From Lama glama (taxonomy: Eukaryota), in the NCBI GenBank assembly GCA_028534125.1, contig CM052817.1:71054001-71118000 (forward strand): a stretch of 64,000 nt of DNA, in the 5' to 3' direction. The translations under genes were made by a program, and so were the position numbers. Shown here in pieces: positions 49,354 to 63,095 of the stretch; within the stretch, counting starts at the first letter, position 1; each line of letters starts with the position of its first letter. The notes beneath the pieces are model-generated. The model saw nothing but the letters and a program-made list of their open reading frames with translations. It had not been told where the DNA came from and did no database searches.

Positions 49354-50148
49354 AGGACTTCCCAGTCTTAATATGACCCTCCAGTCCCTAGTTCTAGTCC
49401 ATCCCCAAAGCTCAGTTGAATCCTTCATTTAGGCTCCATGCAAGACACTCCTATGTCCTTAGAGTAAACTCTGATTCTTGCTAAAGTGAAGTCAAGTTCA
49501 TGTTTATTCCTTTCACTGAAATAACAAATATATGAAGATCTTTCAAACTTATTTAAAAAAAACCCACTAAGATCTCAATGAGAAACAGGCAAAAGGCATA
49601 AGTGATTCTTGGAAAAGTGAATTTAAAATGCCTAGTAAACATACGAAAAATAGTAAGCATCACTCACTGATAGTCACAGAAATGCAAAAACAACAGTGCA
49701 ATAGACCCCATTTCCCTTTTTTTAACCTATCAAATAGCAAAGAAAAACTAAGATAATACTCAAAGCATAATGCACGTCATGATGCGGGAGCGCTTCTGGA
49801 CTGCTAGTGAGAGTGTAAAGTGATTGTATAATTCAGAGTCCCAACAGGAAACAGATGGCTCAGTCAGATAAGGGTAATTAGAGGAGCCTTTATATACAAA
49901 GGACTATTCACAGAGCTGTGGGTGCAGGGGAGCTGCCAGGGATGGTGCAGTAACCCTGGGCTGGTAGTGGGGATTGGAGTCAGGTGGACCCAAGGCCACT
50001 TCGAGGGGAGTAGGGGCCCTGAGTTGAGGGACCTGGCTGGACAGTCACTCAGAAATTATCTCCTGATTATTCCTTTAAGTATTATCATTCATTAAAACTG
50101 GCATTGCAGAATTCTCAGTCTTCCTGGTCCAGCTTAAGCCTTCAGGTG

Positions 50149-50243
50149 TTTTTTTTTTTTTTTTAAATGGAGGTCCTGGGGATTGAACCTGGGACCCTGT
50201 GCATGCTAAGCATGCGCTCTACCACTGAGCTATACTTACCCAC
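50149..50243 (-). mobile_element. tRNA-Ala-derived SINE, short form
   Basis: polyT plus antisense tRNA-like body; flanking tcaggtg repeat. Confidence 0.87.
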
Positions 50244-50859
50244 CCTCAGGTGCTTTATTAAATTATTTTTAAAGAAAAAGCTAGTTTTTCAGTCAAGCCC
50301 CTAGGTATTGTTTTCCCTCTTTTTCACTGGTGGAAATTGATGTCAGCACTCCTTTTGCTGCACTCATAGTTCACATGATGGCTAAGACGCAACAGGTGCT
50401 GGACACCGCCATCAGCTCCTGCCGTGCATACCGCACAGTCCCCCTCCCTGAAGTCCTGGGAGGCAGTGCCCACATCATCCCCCACTTACTGAGCATCTCA
50501 TGAAACACTGAGGTGTAAACCCGGCCTGTCCCCTCTCAGACCTCCACTCCCAAAATCTCTTCTGTTTTATAGTCACAGAATCTTCTCTCTCTTTGAAAAA
50601 AAATTATAAAATGGTATATTTTCAGGCTTCGATTGTGCTGATTCAGTTGAAAAAGAGCTTTCAACTCTACTAAAACTTGATGGTTTCGTAGTCTGAAATG
50701 GATACTTGAGTTCTGTAAGAGCTATGAGATTAAATTTTAAAATGTACCACAAAGATGACCTAGCTGTACCAATTTCATGTGGAAACTCGTTTATGGTCTA
50801 AACGTATAAAGTTGCCTATAACCTTTTTAAAAGATTTCTAAGCAAGTAAATAAACTTGA

Positions 50860-51038
50860 AATTTTTTTCCCTTGTTTTTATAATATATCTTTTTTGAAGA
50901 GTGATTTACATATGAATTTTTTAGGGGGTGGGTAATTTGATTTATCTCTTTATTTTTAGAGGAGGTACTGGGGATTAAACTTACCAGGACCTTATGCATG
51001 CTGTGCATACTCTCTGCCACTTCAGCTATACCCTCCCC
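50860..51038 (-). mobile_element. tRNA-Ala-derived SINE (Vic-1-like)
   Basis: Antisense body ending agctataccctcccc; flanking taaataaact repeat. Confidence 0.8.
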
Positions 51039-52672
51039 TATAAATAAACTGTTGAATAAAGTTTCAAGTAAACTTCTTCTCTGAAAGAAGTAGTTGGCTT
51101 TCAAAAGAGAAAATTAAGTTGATGTCAATTAATCTAACTTTAAATTAATCTGACTAATTCTTTGCGAAGTCACAGTGTCAAGTGTGACTTAAGGCAATCT
51201 GAGAATACTGGGCAAGGAACTTCAAAAGACAGTTTGGGGTCAGCATCATATTTTTTTGTAGCAAGATTATAGCAAAATTATAGTTAATCTAATATGTAGC
51301 TGACTCCTGTCACCTAAAATCAGACATTCAGTCTCCCTCTCCCCCACAAAGAAAGTAGTCCACTGTCTTAAATTTTAAAGTTATTCTCTTAAATGCTCAT
51401 AAAATAATACATAGTAGTATAGTTGTTGAAATCTGAATTTCAAGATGGGTGATGAAAACTTGATAACTCACTAAGAATTACTTATTATCTAAATGTTTAA
51501 AAGATACTTTCTGTACACATGACCTCATGTAACTTCTGTACAACCTTGTCATACAGTTATTACTCTTTTCTAAGTGGGAACACTGAGGCCCAAAAATGTT
51601 AATTAAATTATTCACACAGTAACTGGTGGAGCCCGGACTTAAATCCAGGTCCTCTGGTGATGAATCCCATATGTGCTTTCAGTAAACTATACTGCCCCAG
51701 TTTTTTCCTCTCTCTTTTGGAGGGCACAAATAATAAACTAGACTTGGGCAAACCCAGGATTAATCTTACAGAGGAAATTCTCTTAATTCCCAGATGATAA
51801 AAATGAACAAGACCAGTAGCAAGAAACAGCTTGATGTTTGAAGGGTACCCCGATTTTCATGTCTGTTTCCTTCTATTTGCATATTCAGACCCTGCCCATT
51901 GGAGCCCTGCCTCCAGCATTCCTTAACAGCTCTGTGCTCTCTCACTTGTCTTAACTTTCATTGGTACAATGCCACTAACACTTGACTCCACTGTTTCTAT
52001 CATCAATGATTATGGTATATAGAATGTAGATTTTCTGCCGTGTTTTGTACGTGTTAATTCAGTTAAACTAGACATTCTCTGAGGTCAGAGACTATGTGTG
52101 ATAACTTTTGTACTCCACTGTGTGGAGTGAGCACACAGTTTCCAGGCTTTGTGCTTACTCAGGGGCGCACATCTAAGAGGTGGCATTTGTATCGTGGACA
52201 TTGTAGACAGGTCAGTTTATGATGCTTTTCTCATAAATGACTGTAAATGTATCAGTGGAAGGAGAACTGACTTTTATATTCACTCAAAGACCACTGTGGG
52301 TCAGTGCGAAAATCCTGACCACTGCCACGTAGAGGAGATACGTGTATTACAATCAACTTTAAGTTTACCCAGAGATTGAGTCAAAACGAAAATATTTGAA
52401 GTCTGACTGAAAATGGCAATTGGATGGGAGAAGAAATAACCAAATCCCTGTAATGGAGCATAAAACTTTTCGAAAATTACTTTCACAACAACCTTGAAAC
52501 AAAAGTTTACTGGAAATAAGAGTATTCTCTTGAAAGATAGTTCTAGGTTTCAATAAGAAACAGTGACTAAATGACAGATTTGTAAAGCTGTGTTTTAAGT
52601 GTTACACCATGACTGAGTTCACACTCTTAACTTTTTCTAAGACCTGGGCACGTTTGAAGACACATCTAAGTT

Positions 52673-52803
52673 GGGAGAGGGTATAGCTCAGTGCTAGAGT
52701 GCATGCCTAGCATGCGTGGGGTCCTGGGTTCAATCCCCAGTACTTCCATTAAATAAATAAACAAGCAAAAACCTAAGTACCTCTCCCCTGCACAACAACA
52801 CCC
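52673..52803 (+). mobile_element. tRNA-Ala-derived SINE (Vic-1-like)
   Basis: A/B boxes; TSD acacatctaag (52660-52670, 52804-52814). Confidence 0.87.
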
Positions 52804-53938
52804 ACACATCTAAGCCTAAGCTAGAAGCTTTGTAAATGAATTAAACCCAAAAGTATTTTCTTTTCTCAGATGTTATAAGTAGTAACTTTGCTGCCTTTGT
52901 ACTGAAAAAACTCACAGTAGAACTGAAAACATATTAACTATTTCAGTTGACGTATCTGTCAAAATTAGAAGCAAAATCGTGAGTAGTCAATGACTGTGAT
53001 ATCTAAAATATAGAAACTTTAAAGAGCTACATCCAGTATGTAAGGGACAGGTCTAAAAAGTTTCATTTGTTTGTCATGTAAGAAGTTAGTTTTTTTAAAA
53101 ACCACTTCGTTTAATGGTCCCCTTCATCTTCTGGTCATAGAAGCCAGATGACAACTCTGTGATGGCCTCTTCACCTTCACGTCCTAACTGAAGGGCAGTG
53201 GGGAATTGTGCCTGACCTGATAAGAATACATCTTGAAAAATGTTATCACCTATTTCTCATCTTTAAAAATATTCATGCTAAAGGATGACACATCAAAGGG
53301 AGGGTGAAATTTTGGAGCCAGTGGATGTGTCTCATCTGGCTGTGCTGATGCGAACCGTCAGGTGGCTCATTCTGTTTCCTTGGGCAGCAGCCTAGAAATT
53401 GAGTGTGACTGTAGTGACACGGTGTTTGAGTCACTGAACTCAGTTGTTGTTTTACTCCATGTCAACTAAACTTACAGTTCTGTGTTTTCTGTTGAGTTTT
53501 TGATGTTTGCATTCTGATGCTAAAATCATCAGCTTTTAGCAAAGCTTGATACTGGAAATAGCCAAGTGAAATAAAATTTTGTTTTCCACCCCCGACCCCA
53601 AATTGAAGATTCTGTTAGCTATTTTTATCTCTTATGAAGGGTTACATTTCCTAGTTTAGGACCCAGCAAAAATTCTTTTGACAAACTAGTTCCTTCCTGT
53701 TAGGTGATAAGAGGGAAGTAAGGCAGCCTGACCTTCCTGCCAGACCTTTTGAAGCCAAGAGCCAAGCTTTATGCCTCACTATGATAGCTTTCCTTGGCCA
53801 CGCATCAACAGTTCTTGGCTTTTATTTTTTAACACCTGTTTTAGATTTTTGGTAACTCCATATTCTGTGGGAACTGAATGGGATCATAAATAATGATTGA
53901 TAAATCAATCTGTAATGTCAACACAGTAAGATTTTCAT

Positions 53939-54036
53939 GGAGGAGGATGAGTATAGCTCAGTGGTAGAGCGTGTGCTTAGCACACATGAGGTCCTGAGTT
54001 CAATCCCCAGTACCTCCATATAAAAAAAAAAAAGGA
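53939..54036 (+). mobile_element. tRNA-Ala-derived SINE, short form
   Basis: tRNA-like body plus polyA; TSD aag(a/c)ttttcat. Confidence 0.87.
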
Positions 54037-56361
54037 AAGCTTTTCATAGAACCTGATAAACTAATTTTGAAATTCATTTGAAAAAAAATAGAATAGTCAA
54101 AATTTTGAAAAAGAACAATGAGAGGGACCTGTTCTAACAGGTGTCACCTAAGATTAGCATAACTAAGACTGTAGTATTGATTCAGGAATATCTAAATGGA
54201 TGAATATCTAAAAAATTGAGTAGAGAAACAGACTATATATTAATGGGAATTTAGTATTATTAAAGGGCATTTCAGACCAGTAAGAGAAGGGTAAGTTATT
54301 CGGTTAATGATTTGGGGATAATTGATTATCTATTTGTGGAAGTAAAGAAGTGTATGTTTGTACTTCATACATTCATAAAACAGATTTCATATGATTTTAA
54401 GAACTCAATATGAGAAACTTTGGAAGTACTAGAAGAAATTATAGGAGAATATTTATAATCTTAGATATGAGCTATAAGTGAAAATATTGATCAATTTCAT
54501 TTTAAACTATTTACACCCAAGTCATCAAATTTGTAAAAAGACTTGTCCCATTATTAGCATATTGGTAAAACTCTTAATAACCAACCCATACTTTTAATGG
54601 CAGCATGCTATTTCATAATGCAGCTGTACCATTGTTCACATAACAATTTTCAGTTGCATTTCAGATTCTCACATAAAATTCCTTACACCCTCGAATGAAT
54701 TTGTTTTCTGAAAGACAGTGCTCTGCACTGGTTCAGGAAATCCAGGAAAAGCATGAACTAGATGACCCTCTTGATCCAGATCCTTTCTTAGCATTTCACG
54801 TTTGATTTTCTGATTAGCTTAAGAAGTGACCTTTCAAATTTGTTCTTTTTAAAAAGTGACTTTGTAAAATTGCATGTTAACATTGCTCTTTTAAAGTTAA
54901 TTCATTTTTAGAAGTATTTTATTGTTACTAATTTATTTGTTCCCCTATTTTATATGTGACTACCTGGTAAATCATCAGGAATCTAACAAGGTATAAACAA
55001 TCTAGAATTAAGATTTTCAAATTTAAGTACTGGAATCTTGTTTTCAAGGGCTGTGCTTGGGTAAAACCCCAAATAGAAAACAGATGAAATAGACACCTGT
55101 GGCAAATGGTGCTGGGATTCCAGACTGGCCTGTCTGGGCTTTCCATCCGGCCATCCCTTTAGGTTTATGGGGCACCTCTGCAGATTTCTTGAAACATGCT
55201 TTGAAAACCATTGATTGACAGTAACGGTGCCTGGGTGAATAAAGCAGAGAGGGGTAGTGAATCAGTGAGTAGACTAGTGAGTTTCCAGGATTTAAGTGCC
55301 AGTCTTCTTGAAAGTGAACGTATTGTGCTTTTGGAAGGTATTTTTGTGTCACCGTCTTGTCATTCTTCTAACAGTCCTCAGACTACTGATGCCCTCATAA
55401 ATTTCTTTGAATTGGAGCCTAAAGTATAAGGTCTTCAGCTTTTACCTCAAGGTAAGGTCCACGCCTGACCCAACAAGTCCCGCCTTACATGAATGAGTTG
55501 GGCTGACATTGCAGAGAACCCCCCTGGTCAGAAGGCAGGGTAGCGTGGTCTGACTCCCTGGTTCAAGGCAGTATCTATGTGCTGGCGTTCATCTCCTCTG
55601 TGGGAATAACTTTGTAAGCAGTATATCTGCAAAAGAACACTTGTCACCCCCTCACCCAGGAGGTGCTCAGAGCTTCAGTGTTTTCTCTCTTCTACAGACG
55701 TGGATGCCACGCTGGGTACCTCAGCTTTCACCCCACTTGCTTTAGTTTAAAGCAGTAGAGAAAGCCCTTGGGTCCAGCCCTTGGGCAGAGAGCTGCAAAT
55801 AACCTTCACCTCCGTCACCATCTCCTGTTCCTCCGGGAGATGGAAACTAAGAGAGACAGACTTTCTTTTATTGAATTGAGTCTTTTCATGAGTGTTGCTC
55901 AAGATTAATTCCTGGGTGAGCTTTAATCACATTTCTGATGATGTTTTTCTGCTGCTGACCAGTCGGTTTTATAAGAGCAGGGATCATGTCCCTTCTGCAT
56001 CCGTAGGGCCTGGTCTGGTACCCGGCACATACTTGTTACTTACTGTCTGACTTTTGTCCGTCTGCCTGACCATGTGGGAGACCTCATATTTCTTTCTTAG
56101 ACATGGCCTGTATTCAGAGCTACTTTTTCATATCTTAGATAAGAATGCTAGGAACATTTTAGTTTCTTCCCCTCTAGTTGATACAGATCCAAAAAAATTA
56201 CCATTGACATTTCATCTGGTGGTAGGTTCCCCACATTGTTTCTTTTTTTAAATAGGGAGAAGTACCCTCAAAAGACAAATCCGTATCAGTTATCTGTTTT
56301 GTTTTTACTATTTTGTGAGGGAATATTCTTAAAATGTTTTCTACTGTAGGACTGTTAAAAC

Positions 56362-56512
56362 TATTATTTTTATTATTTTTATTGAAGTTTGGTTGATTTA
56401 CAATGTTAGTTTCAGGTGTACAGCAAAGTGATTCAGTTATACACACACACATATACTTTTTCAGATTATTTTCCATTATAGGTTATTATAAGATATTGAA
56501 TATAGTTCCCTG
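56362..56512 (-). mobile_element. Short L1 3' end
   Basis: ttgatttacaatgttagtttcaggtgtacagcaaagtgattcag..aatatagttccctg. Confidence 0.8.
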
Positions 56513-59500
56513 GTTTTTTCTCCATTATATTTAAATTCCAGTGTTAAATCCAAGGGCATTCTGCTTCTGAGTTCTTGGTGTGTGGCCTGTTTTTTGTTTT
56601 TATGTTTTTGCTTTTTCTGGGGGGAGGAATTTGTGGGGCCTTTTCTTTGCCCTGCCCTACAAAGAAATGTGGTGCTCAGAACTGTTGTAACGGTGGGCCT
56701 AGGGCAGGTACCTTCATCACTGTGCTGGCTGTTGGTGGGACCTTTGAATCTGGAATCTTATGTTCTTTAGCACTGGGAATTTTTTTAATTGATGAGTTCT
56801 GATGTTCTCTGAGTGCTTCCTCACTTTGTGGTGCCACAAGATATTCTAGCTCATTTTATGTTTTTGCTGCCATAACCTTGCACTTACCTTTTTCTCCAAA
56901 GAACCTAGGTTTCCTTTAGTGGCTAATGGTAATTTAAGAACCAAGATATGATGGCTACGTGTGCTCCTTGCTACCAGTTGTAGCACTTGCTACCAGTTGA
57001 AGACCCAGCTAGTGAGAAAAAAGTAATAAATATATGTATTATCCCTGTGTATTTTGTAACACACTATACATATTTTATGTAACACATACATATATACCAT
57101 GAGTTCATATGTGATCCCAAGGTTCCCATCTAACATCAGGGGTTAGTATCTAACAGTGAGGAACCTGTCTGCATTTTCTCAATTTATTTAATAATTTGTT
57201 CCAGCCTTGAATGCATAGAAAATGGAAATTTTAAAATAAGCATTCTGTGCCACTGCTTAGAAAACCTACTCCCTAGAGTTCAGTGTTTGTTTATAGTTCT
57301 TTTTTAGGTCAAAATTACATATAATGAAAGACACACTTCTAGTGTGTGCACCTATGAGTTTTGATAGTGTTTATTTAGACCTGTGTAAACCACATCCCTA
57401 TAAAGATGAAGAACATTCCCATCACACCAGAAAGTTCCCTCTTGCTTTTTCTCTATCAGTCATGGGAAAAACTTAAAAGCAGTGATGTGCTCGTGGAGAT
57501 ATTGAAGGTAAGAAAGCCAAGAAAAAACATTTTAAAAGTATGTTCTGTGTTATAAGTTCAGTGCTTTTTAGGCATTGACTTGGGAGACTCCACTCATGGT
57601 TTAATGTTTCCTTTGTTATTTCTAGATAGTAGACTAATGTTTCTTAAATGCTGGAAGTGCCAATGTTGACTTCAAGGCTGGAGCAAGTGGCTCTGGGTGC
57701 GTGTGCAAACACAAACACATCTTACTTCACGTCAGTCAACATTTAACTGCATAATTAAGAAGGGGGCATTTTCCCTGAAGACTGGGGCCAACGTGCAGAG
57801 AATCACTAGAGTAATAAGAAACACTGTAGTCCAGTCTTTGGTTGAAAAGCGAACTTGGGGAAAGACGGCAAACACCCTTTATTTCTAATTTTCTCACGCA
57901 GCTGGGTAAAGCAGCTGTTGGAACTTGCAGACCCACTTGGCACGGCCCTCTTGCCTTTCAGGTTTGTGTAAGACTGAGGGGCTGAATGGTTGAGGTCACT
58001 GCCGGGCCTTTGGAGAAGTAAAGTGTGTCCCATTGCTTTCTGTGTCCGCATGTAATACTGATCAGGTAAAGCACCCAAAATATGATGGTTTTTAGTAGAA
58101 TTTATTGAGAACACCAAAGTGAATGGTCTTACTCAGAATGATGGAAAAGACTAATTTGTCAACTGGCTGTATGACTGAGAGAACTTGATCATCCTGATTG
58201 TCACTGCAATAGTCACCTGTATCTCCTACTTTGGATCTAGTCGTAAAGTGAGCTAATGGGGCCGCATTAGATGTTTTAGCCATTTTGAATTTTTCTATAA
58301 TTTAACTTCTATAATATAATACAGTAAATATTTTTTCTAGATCATTTTGCTCATTTGCTCCCTGGCATTTTACCAGCAATATGCAGTCAGGGAGGCAGAA
58401 TTTAAGTCTGTACATTTCCCTGGTGCTGCCTCTCTGCCTTTTGAGTGGTGTAGTCAGTCTGGGGTGGTGGTAACACTCTGAAAGTACTTGTCGACTTGAC
58501 TTGTTCCCAGACACAGTGATCGGCCAAGTGTCTCCTGGTCTCACTAGAGGAGGAAGGCCCGAGGGGAGAGGTGTAGCCTTTCTTCTTCCATTTGCATTCA
58601 GTGACACCTGCCGCCTGGCAGGCTGCCACTTCTCTTCTAAATTCAGCAGATCTGAGACTTTGTGAAACCGGATGTTTACCGTGCTGTGCTTTTGTTGCTC
58701 AATGAATGTATGACTGAAGAAATCACTTTGCAGATGCTGTTCAGTGTTGGGAAGTGTGGTTCTGCTGTGAGGGGTCCCGCGGGTCTGGTTTGCCTGTTTA
58801 TCAGGAATGCCGCAGTGGTCTACCTGGTGGCCTCTCTGCATGCGATTCCGCAGCTTTCCGTGAGCACAGGAGGGCCAGCATGGGCCTCTTGGGCAGGTTG
58901 CCAGGCTCCGGCACTAAAGGAGGAAAAGCAGCCTCTTGACCAGCCCCTGGAGAGAGCGCCCCACAGGCAGGGCGGCTCAGCCTGAGATGCGGATGGAAAG
59001 GGGGGTGACCAGAAGGACATATGTCCCCAAAAGGACACAGATGGGGACAGGAGGGAGGACTGGTACTACAGTAAATATGAACGAGGGTCTTCTGGAGTTG
59101 AGTTTAAATCTCAGAAACACGGAGTCAAATTATCCCTCACTTACGATCTGGGCCCTTGATGTTTCCCATTGCCGCTGAGGCCTGATGAAACGGATTTGCT
59201 TGAGACCTTAAAGCTGAGACTTCTCTCACTGAATCCCTTTTACTTTTAAAATACATGCATGCAGTTGTCTTTCCGTAGTCAAGTGGCTAGTTTTGTTCTC
59301 TGATTTGGCATCAAAGGAATACGTTGTGAGAGTGTTTCAGCAGACTGCTCTCTGTTCAGCATCAGCCAAATGTTGTGTCAGAATAAACAGGCTGGACATT
59401 TATCATCTCTGCAGAATGCTTAAATTTAATATTTAGAGGAAAAAAGCATTGGATGGCCTTGACATTTACCATGTTAAAAAAAAAAACCCAGCTATCACTT

Positions 59501-62261
59501 CATTTGGAGAAAATGGAGAAGGTAGAAGGTATTCTTAAAGATGGATATTTAATTAAGCCTTGTTGTCCAAGAACAGAACTGAGTATCACACCTTACAGTG
59601 GAATTTGAAGCCTTATTTATTAAGTGCTGAGCTTTGCTGGGGATTGACTGTCCAATCAGGTGAAACTTGTTATACATTGTTTCCAATCCAAACCCCATTC
59701 CATCCCTCCCAGCTTTATTTGGTCCTCTTGGGACCTCTTCTGGCTGCACATCTCATATGATAGAAAAAGTCTAGGGAAGCTATGGAAACCACCAGAACGA
59801 ATGGAAACAACTTGGCAGTCTTTACTCTTTTGTCTGAAGTCAAGTATTTTTAGCTCCCAAGCACGTGTGTTTAGAATATTCTAAGGTTTCTGTGCTGCAG
59901 TCATGGTGGGGGAAAGCTGTCTAGAAGGTCGTTGGAGGTGGCTCTGCCGTAGGGCGGTCTTCGTTGCTGGGCCCACCGGGTGGCCCAGAGGACTCGGAAT
60001 CCTGGGTCTGTCAGTTCAGTGGGCTGGTCCAGCCCCAGTGAGAACAGAGCGGTGCGGGCCCAACTTAGACCTCTTTTTAAAACCATGTTATTAATTTGCA
60101 GTCAGCAATGTTGTATGTCAGCTACAGGACAGTGCTTTCCTTGTATTGAGATATTTTGGAGATGCCAATAAATCAGAAGGTTGCTCACTGAACAAGGGCT
60201 CAAGAGATGTGTTGTCCAGACTCCGATGAACAACCCATTTCTCCTACAGGAAATGCAGATTTTTAGTGATTAAATAGCAAAGTACTTCATGGTGACTCAG
60301 GAGACCTGGGTTCTAGTTCTGGTTTTGCCTCTACCTGTGCAACCTGAGTAGTCCTTTTAGCTTTCAGGGCCCTGGTGCCCTTGTCTGAAAAAGAAGGGAT
60401 AGAACTAGGTGACCTGGAGTCTGAGCCTTGGCAGCTCGGACGTGGCGTTTTCCTTTCCTTACTGTGCTCTGGGCCTGTGATAAATTCCAGCTGTCCTCCA
60501 GATGCCAGGAGTAGCCTGCATTTTCCACTTTCTCCTTTTTTTGTCTATTGAAGTGAAATGGTCAATTCATAGATTAAAAGCTATTTTAAAGATCACTCCA
60601 ACACAATCATGCATCTCATGCTTCGGGGAGCCCACACTGACTTAAAAGTGATCAGCTCTTTGGGTCCGAGACATTGCATTAGGTACTTAGACATCCCTGG
60701 GTCCCTACCGGCTGGTGGTGGTCGGAGGCCTGCAAGGGGGCTAGAAAAACGCGATTCCTGAACTTAGCTTGGAGAGCAGGACCTAGTTGGGATGGACTAG
60801 AATTGAGAGGCCCACGGCCCCTCCATGGGGGAATTTGGGGAGTTTTGAGACATATTTTCATTATCTTTTAATTCCATGACCCCGTATGAACCTCAGTTCT
60901 AAGGAGGCTTTTTCTGAAGACTTAATTTAAAATATATTGAGGAGTCTCGTCTGCTTCCTAGTGGATGTTCCTTTTCTGACTTGCTTGTTTGCTCTTAGGT
61001 CTGCTAGTCTGCACTGGTCCGTCGGGAAGCGTGAAGGGTTTGAGATGTTAAGCTACTGGTACAGCCACGTGATGGATGTACACACGTGTGTGAGTGAGCG
61101 AGCGCTGTAGGAAGATGGCATCTGGGCGAGGGGAAGGAGTGCTGCTGCAGCCAGATCAACAGCTAGAGCTGGTCCCCGTCCCTGGGCCCACAGGCAGCGC
61201 GTGGGGGCCCATGGAATTTCTCTATGCAGGTTTCACCCCACCGATGAGACAGAACAGTGTGTCTTCATTTAGAGGCAGTAGCTCCCCTCCTCTCCTAAAA
61301 GGAGGGAGAAAAACCTTTGTTCCTTTGAGATAGGATGGAAGGGGTCCTGGGTTCTGACCCTAACCTTTCAGAATGTAAATGCATCTTTGTGAGGGCAGAT
61401 TAAGCATTCTTGTCTTCAGGCTGTTATGACCAGGTGATGTCTCCAAGGTGTGGGCTTCAGTAAATACCTAGAGAGCTAGCCATAGCTATCTGGAGATAGC
61501 TCTTTGGGAACTCAGCCTCTGGGCCTAGTCTGGGCTGCCACCATTTGGCCTTTTGTGTAGATAAGTTTAATCATTCCTTTCTCAGAGTGGTCAGAGAGTC
61601 ACTAGACAGTTGGCTGTAGATCTAATCCTCAGGGTATGTGAAAAGCAAAATGCATTTAAGTGAAGTGAAAGCAAACATTCTTTATCTTTATATCGTATAT
61701 ATTTCCATGTCCCAGGAGACTAGGGCTTTTTACAGAAGTATTGAGAAACCCAGGGAAGTTTTATTTCCCCACATCCACCAGGGATGCTTACACAATTCTG
61801 ATATTCCTTTAAAAAAATTTAATAGCAACTTAATAAAGAAGTAAAAGGAGTAATTCAGTTGCTTCTATATCATGAGAGTGAAGGTTTCTGGGAATTAGGG
61901 CCAAATCTCACTGTGATCCAAATAGAAGCCATAGTCTAAGCCTGTATTTTTTTTTTCTCTCTTTAAAAAAAAAAAAAGCTGACAGTTTGAGGGTTCATTC
62001 TTTTTATTGGTATTGCTCATGCTGGTGAAAATGAAGCAGATGGCAAACTGGGGCATTTTAAATTCCACTGCTGGCTAAAACTATGAGAAAATAAAGCCCT
62101 CTGATTATGCTACATTGATCAAGTGATTAAAATGAGAAGGACCATTTTGTAACAATTTCTCCTCATCTTGACTAGACCCGTGACGTGAAAATTTTAGAAT
62201 AAAAGGACTGTCATTTAAAAGAGACTATTAATTTGCCTCATTCGTTCTGTTGGTCTTATGA

Positions 62262-62612
62262 TAGATCATTCATTTCAGGCTGCTGTGACAAAACAGCACT
62301 GACTGGGTGGTCTAAATAAGAGACATTTATCACAGTCCTGGAGGCTGGAAGTCTGAGATCAAGGTGCCAGCAGATTTGATTCCTGGCAAGAACCCTGTTC
62401 CTGTCTTCTCTCCTTGTCCTCACCTGGTGTAGAGAGAAATCTCCCATGTCTCTTCCTCTTCCTCTAAGGACACTGATCCCATCATGGGGCCCCACCCTCC
62501 TGATCTCATCTAAACCTAATTGCCTCCCAAGACCCCACCTCCAGATACCATCACATTGGGAATTAAGGCTTCAACATATGAATGAGGTTGGGGGGGAACT
62601 TGCTTCATCACA
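62262..62612 (-). mobile_element. ERVL-MaLR MLT1A-like solo LTR
   Basis: ctggaggctggaagtc..gatcaaggtgccagca..ataccatcacattggg..ttcaacatatgaat. Confidence 0.8.
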
Positions 62613-62819
62613 GTGTGCAGGCTGAGAGGCAGCAGGGCTAGTCCAGCAGGCAGAAGTCAGAGTCTTTCGAAACCTAATCATGGAAGTAACATCCCATCAC
62701 TTTTGCTGTATTGCATTTGCTCGGAGCACGTCACTGGGTCCCACTAACACTCAAGAGGAAGGGATTAAGCGGGGGTGGGGTGTGGAGTGCCAGGAATGGG
62801 ACCTCAGAGAGCCATCTGT

Positions 62820-63095
62820 TTTTCATTATTGAAATATTTATTGAGATAATTGCAGATTCACAGGCAATTGTAAGAAATAATAAAGAGAGATATGGTGTAC
62901 ACTTTACCCATTTTCCCCTAAAGGTGTTATTTTGCACAAGTAGTATAATAGCACAGCCAGGATGTCAATATTAACAGTGATGTAATCTACCAGCCTTAGT
63001 CACATATCCCAGTTTTCCTTGTACTCATTTGTGTGTTCAGTTCTGTACAAGTTTGTTCAGTTTGGTTTCATGTGTAGGTTTGTGCATCCACCACC
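62820..63095 (-). mobile_element. L1MB-like 3' end inserted in older MaLR sequence
   Basis: ttgagataattgcagattcaca..gtaagaaataataaagagaga. Confidence 0.6.

Noticed and set aside
53939..54020. Apparent tRNA-Ala genes (this copy and 50149-50243)
   Set aside because: Stem mismatches, extra 5' bases, polyA tails and TSDs show that they are SINE copies.
56967..56999. Short direct repeats (cttgctaccagttg twice; similar pairs near 2710, 29720 and 31180)
   Set aside because: Two-copy slippage duplications, mostly in decayed repeats; no array or spacer structure.
58302..59178. Cluster of overlapping ORFs (179, 107, 80 aa)
   Set aside because: No recognisable homology, including to MCUB exons as I recall them; ORFs on both strands with no convincing splice structure.
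61484..61501. agctatct-gg-agatagct inverted repeat
   Set aside because: An 8-bp stem is expected by chance in 64 kb.
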